A stretch of 64,000 nt of DNA, from NCBI GenBank assembly GCA_964569015.1, contig CAZMSN010000003.1, positions 9,257 through 73,256 on the forward strand, given 5' to 3'. This document shows, piece after piece, positions 61,544 to 64,000 of the stretch. The notes beneath the pieces were generated by a model, which was given only the letters and a program-made list of their open reading frames with translations, did no database searches and was not told where the DNA came from. The translations under genes were made by a program, and so were the position numbers. This DNA comes from an uncultured Acidimicrobiaceae bacterium. GTDB taxonomy: Bacteria; Actinomycetota; Acidimicrobiia; Spongiisociales; UBA5794. Each line of letters starts with the position of its first letter. The first letter of the stretch is position 1.

Positions 61544-61852
61544 ATGCCACCGAAGCTGACCGCGGAACAGCGCATGGCGGCGCTCGGCAAGGCGGCGGAA
61601 GCCCGCCGGGTGCGTGCCGAGATCAAAGAGCTGCTGCGAACGGGCTCGCTCAGTCTGGCCGAGGTCCTGGAAAGGGCCGAGGTGGACGACGTTGTGGCCA
61701 GGATCAAGGTGACCTCTCTGCTGGTCGCCCTGCCGGGCATGGGCAAGGTCAAGGCGAAGCGGCTGATGGAGGAACAGGGCATCGCGGAGAATCGGAGAAT
61801 CCGGGGGCTCGGATGGCGCCAGCGCGCCGCGCTGCTCTCTGTCCTCTCTTGA
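61544..61852 (+). CDS. mihF: Actinobacterial-type integration host factor (mIHF)
   Basis: About 100 aa, helical and basic (MPPKLTAEQRMAALGKAAEARRVRAEIKELL). GGGAGGAG ribosome-binding site. Position between pyrF and the kinase/rpoZ genes is as in mycobacteria and streptomycetes. Confidence 0.8.
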   Translation: MPPKLTAEQRMAALGKAAEARRVRAEIKELLRTGSLSLAEVLERAEVDDVVARIKVTSLLVALPGMGKVKAKRLMEEQGIAENRRIRGLGWRQRAALLSVLS

Positions 61853-61904
61853 GCCGGCTGGCCCACGGGCGCGAGGCGGCCAGCCGGTACCGAGAGCGCG
61901 CAAG

Positions 61905-62456
61905 ATGATCATCACGATCTCCGGGAAGCCGGGCTCGGGGAAGAGCACGGTGGCGAAGGCGCTCGCTCTGCGGCTCGGACTCGACCACGTCTCAGCGGGC
62001 GACTTCATGCGTGAGATGGCGGAAGAGCGTGGAATATCGGTGCTGGAGCTGTCCCGGATCGCCGAGGCGGACGAGGATATCGATCGGGAGATCGATGAGC
62101 GGAGCCGCCGGCTGGGGGAGACGCGGGACGGATTCGTGATCGATTCCCGGCTGGCCTGGTACTTCATTCCGAGGGCCTTCAAGGTGTTCCTGGACGTCAG
62201 TCTGGACGTAGCGGCGGCCCGCATCTATGGGGATCGCCGGGGGACCGAGGAGGAGAACGTCGATCTGGAGGCGACTCGACGCAACACCGAGGCGCGCCGG
62301 GTATCGGAATCGAAGCGGTACGCGAGCTACTACGGAATCGACTACCTCGACGCGATCAACTACGACCTCGTGGTCGACACGTCGGCTCTCGACGTCGAAG
62401 GGATCGTCGACACGATCGTGGCATACGTGGCGGAGAGGGGCGAAGGCAGGGGCTGA
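61905..62456 (+). CDS. Cytidylate-kinase-like P-loop NMP kinase (CMP kinase family 2 type)
   Basis: ISGKPGSGKSTVAKALA P-loop. About 180 aa. Resembles short (d)CMP kinases rather than guanylate kinase. Confidence 0.6.
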   Translation: MIITISGKPGSGKSTVAKALALRLGLDHVSAGDFMREMAEERGISVLELSRIAEADEDIDREIDERSRRLGETRDGFVIDSRLAWYFIPRAFKVFLDVSLDVAAARIYGDRRGTEEENVDLEATRRNTEARRVSESKRYASYYGIDYLDAINYDLVVDTSALDVEGIVDTIVAYVAERGEGRG

Positions 62457-62567
62457 GTTCCTCGGGCGGCCTATACTCCGGGAGCCGGTCGGCGCGAGCG
62501 TGAGCGCGCGCTTAGCGGCTCGACCGTAGAGGTCGAAGCATCAAGACCCAGGAGAAGCCATCCCGTC

Positions 62568-62798
62568 ATGATCGACCCACCCATCGGACGCGTACTCGCG
62601 AAGGCCAACTCGTCACGCTTCGGGCTCGTGGTCCTGGCGGCACGTCGTGCCCGTCAGATCAATGCCTACTTCAATCAGTTGGGGGATGGCTTCGGGAGCT
62701 ATGTGCCGCCGCAGGTTCATTCGCTGTCACGAAAGCCGCTCTCGATCGCCTTCGAGGAGATCGACAACGACAAGGTCGTGATCGATACCGAGGAGTAG
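62568..62798 (+). CDS. rpoZ: DNA-directed RNA polymerase subunit omega
   Basis: 76 aa. LVVLAARRARQIN is the conserved RpoZ motif. Confidence 0.85.
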   Translation: MIDPPIGRVLAKANSSRFGLVVLAARRARQINAYFNQLGDGFGSYVPPQVHSLSRKPLSIAFEEIDNDKVVIDTEE

Positions 62799-62802
62799 CA
62801 CC

Positions 62803-63999
62803 GTGCTGGCCGGGCGACATGTCGTGCTCGGGGTCTCTGGCGGGGTGGCGGCATACAAGACCGTCTCTCTCGCCCGGCGGCTCGTCGAGCGAGGGGCCGC
62901 CGTTCGTACCGTGATGACGGAGTCGGCGGTCTGCTTCGTGGGTCCGCCGACTCTGGCGGCCGTGACGGGTCGTCATCCTGTGATTGGCCTGTTCGATGAC
63001 GAAGACGTCGCTCCTCACATCACACTCGGCCAGTGGGCCGACGTCGTGGTGGTGGCGCCTGCGACCGCCGCCACGATTGCACGGATCGCCATTGGGCTCT
63101 CGGAGGACGCGCTCAGTGCCACGGTGCTGGCGACGAGTGCCCCGGTCGTGATCGCTCCCGCAATGCACACCCAGATGTGGGAACACCCCGCGACCCAGCG
63201 GAACGTTGCCACGCTCGAGGCCGACGGATGTCACCGGGTGGGGCCGGCCACCGGCGAGCTCGCGGGGGGTGACGAGGGCGTCGGACGCATGGCGGAGCCC
63301 GAGGAGATCCTCGAAATCATCGAGATGGTCGTGGGACCCCGGCCGCTCGCCGGGTGGCGGGTCCTAGTGACCGCCGGGGGCACACGGGAGCCGATCGATC
63401 CGGTGCGATACATCGGGAATCATTCATCGGGGAAGATGGGCAACGCGCTCGCGGTGGAAGCGGCGCGGCGGGGCGCCGACGTGACGTTGGTGACGGCGGC
63501 CCCGGCCCCGGCCCACCCCGGCATCGATGTGGTGACAGTCGACACCGCCGAGGAGTTGGCCGAGGCGGCGTGGTCGATCGCCGGAGGGATGGACGTGGCG
63601 GTCATGGCGGCGGCGGTCGCCGATTTCAGGCCGAAGGTGGCAGAGACGTCGAAGATGCGCCGTGACGAAGGAGTCCCCACCTTGACGCTCGAGCCAACCC
63701 CGGACGTGTTGGCCGGGATCGCCGCCATGGATCCACGTCCCTTCCTGGTGGGCTTCGCCGCCGAGACCGGTTCACTGGACGAGGCCGCCGTCAAGGCCGA
63801 ACGGAAGGGCGTCGACCTCCTCGTCGGGAACGATGTCACCAAGGAAGGGTCCGGCTTCGGCAGCGACACGAACGAGGTGGTCGTCATCACTCCCGGGGGC
63901 GCCGCCACGGCCTGGCCGTTGCTGTCCAAGGAGGACGTGGCCGCCCGTCTGTGGGATCGCATCGTGGAGCTACGATCCGGTTCCGGAGCGGAACTCTGA
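62803..63999 (+). CDS. coaBC: Bifunctional phosphopantothenoylcysteine decarboxylase / phosphopantothenate--cysteine ligase
   Basis: An N-terminal flavoprotein domain (HVVLGVSGGVAAYK) and a C-terminal CoaB domain. The stop codon falls at the window end. Confidence 0.9.
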   Translation: MLAGRHVVLGVSGGVAAYKTVSLARRLVERGAAVRTVMTESAVCFVGPPTLAAVTGRHPVIGLFDDEDVAPHITLGQWADVVVVAPATAATIARIAIGLSEDALSATVLATSAPVVIAPAMHTQMWEHPATQRNVATLEADGCHRVGPATGELAGGDEGVGRMAEPEEILEIIEMVVGPRPLAGWRVLVTAGGTREPIDPVRYIGNHSSGKMGNALAVEAARRGADVTLVTAAPAPAHPGIDVVTVDTAEELAEAAWSIAGGMDVAVMAAAVADFRPKVAETSKMRRDEGVPTLTLEPTPDVLAGIAAMDPRPFLVGFAAETGSLDEAAVKAERKGVDLLVGNDVTKEGSGFGSDTNEVVVITPGGAATAWPLLSKEDVAARLWDRIVELRSGSGAEL

Positions 64000-64000
64000 C

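Overview
This is a high-GC (~70%) bacterial chromosomal segment whose gene order matches the conserved actinobacterial (Mycobacterium-like) housekeeping backbone. In order it carries:
- thrS, then pgsA1, a PatA-like acyltransferase and pimA (the phosphatidylinositol-mannoside module);
- pdxS, pdxT and a YebC-family gene;
- ruvC, ruvA, ruvB;
- queA, tgt, yajC, secD, secF, relA;
- aspS, rarA, hisS, alaS, ruvX, mltG, aroE;
- aroC, aroK, aroB, pepP, efp, nusB;
- pyrR, pyrB, pyrC, carA, carB, pyrD, pyrF, mIHF, rpoZ, coaBC.

Nearly every pair of adjacent genes overlaps by 1-4 nt (ATGA, GTGA or TGATG junctions), which points to long translationally coupled operons. I saw no rRNA, tRNA, CRISPR array, transposase or integrase.

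Two blocks are not part of that backbone and are the main points of interest.

(1) A complete type IV pilus system with no secretin sits between aroE and aroC, inside the shikimate operon. It encodes PilB, an unusually long PilT with an N-terminal PilB-like domain, PilC, two tandemly duplicated major-pilin genes that share a conserved 5'-UTR hairpin, a prepilin peptidase PilD, and PilM, PilN, PilO plus a PilP-like protein.

(2) Three consecutive genes lie between relA and an MBL-fold hydrolase. Each has a class-III (prepilin) signal peptide. Two are very large (527 and 537 aa), one of them PilX-like. They look like a minor-pilin or pilus-tip module that is spatially detached from the main pilus locus.

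I also note a PyrR-binding attenuator hairpin that overlaps the ribosome-binding site of a 24-codon leader ORF translationally coupled to pyrR, an MmpL-family transporter next to the PIM genes, a CHAD-domain protein, and poly-threonine tracts in SecD and PilO.

All calls come from reading the six-frame translations and the nucleotide sequence. No database search was run.
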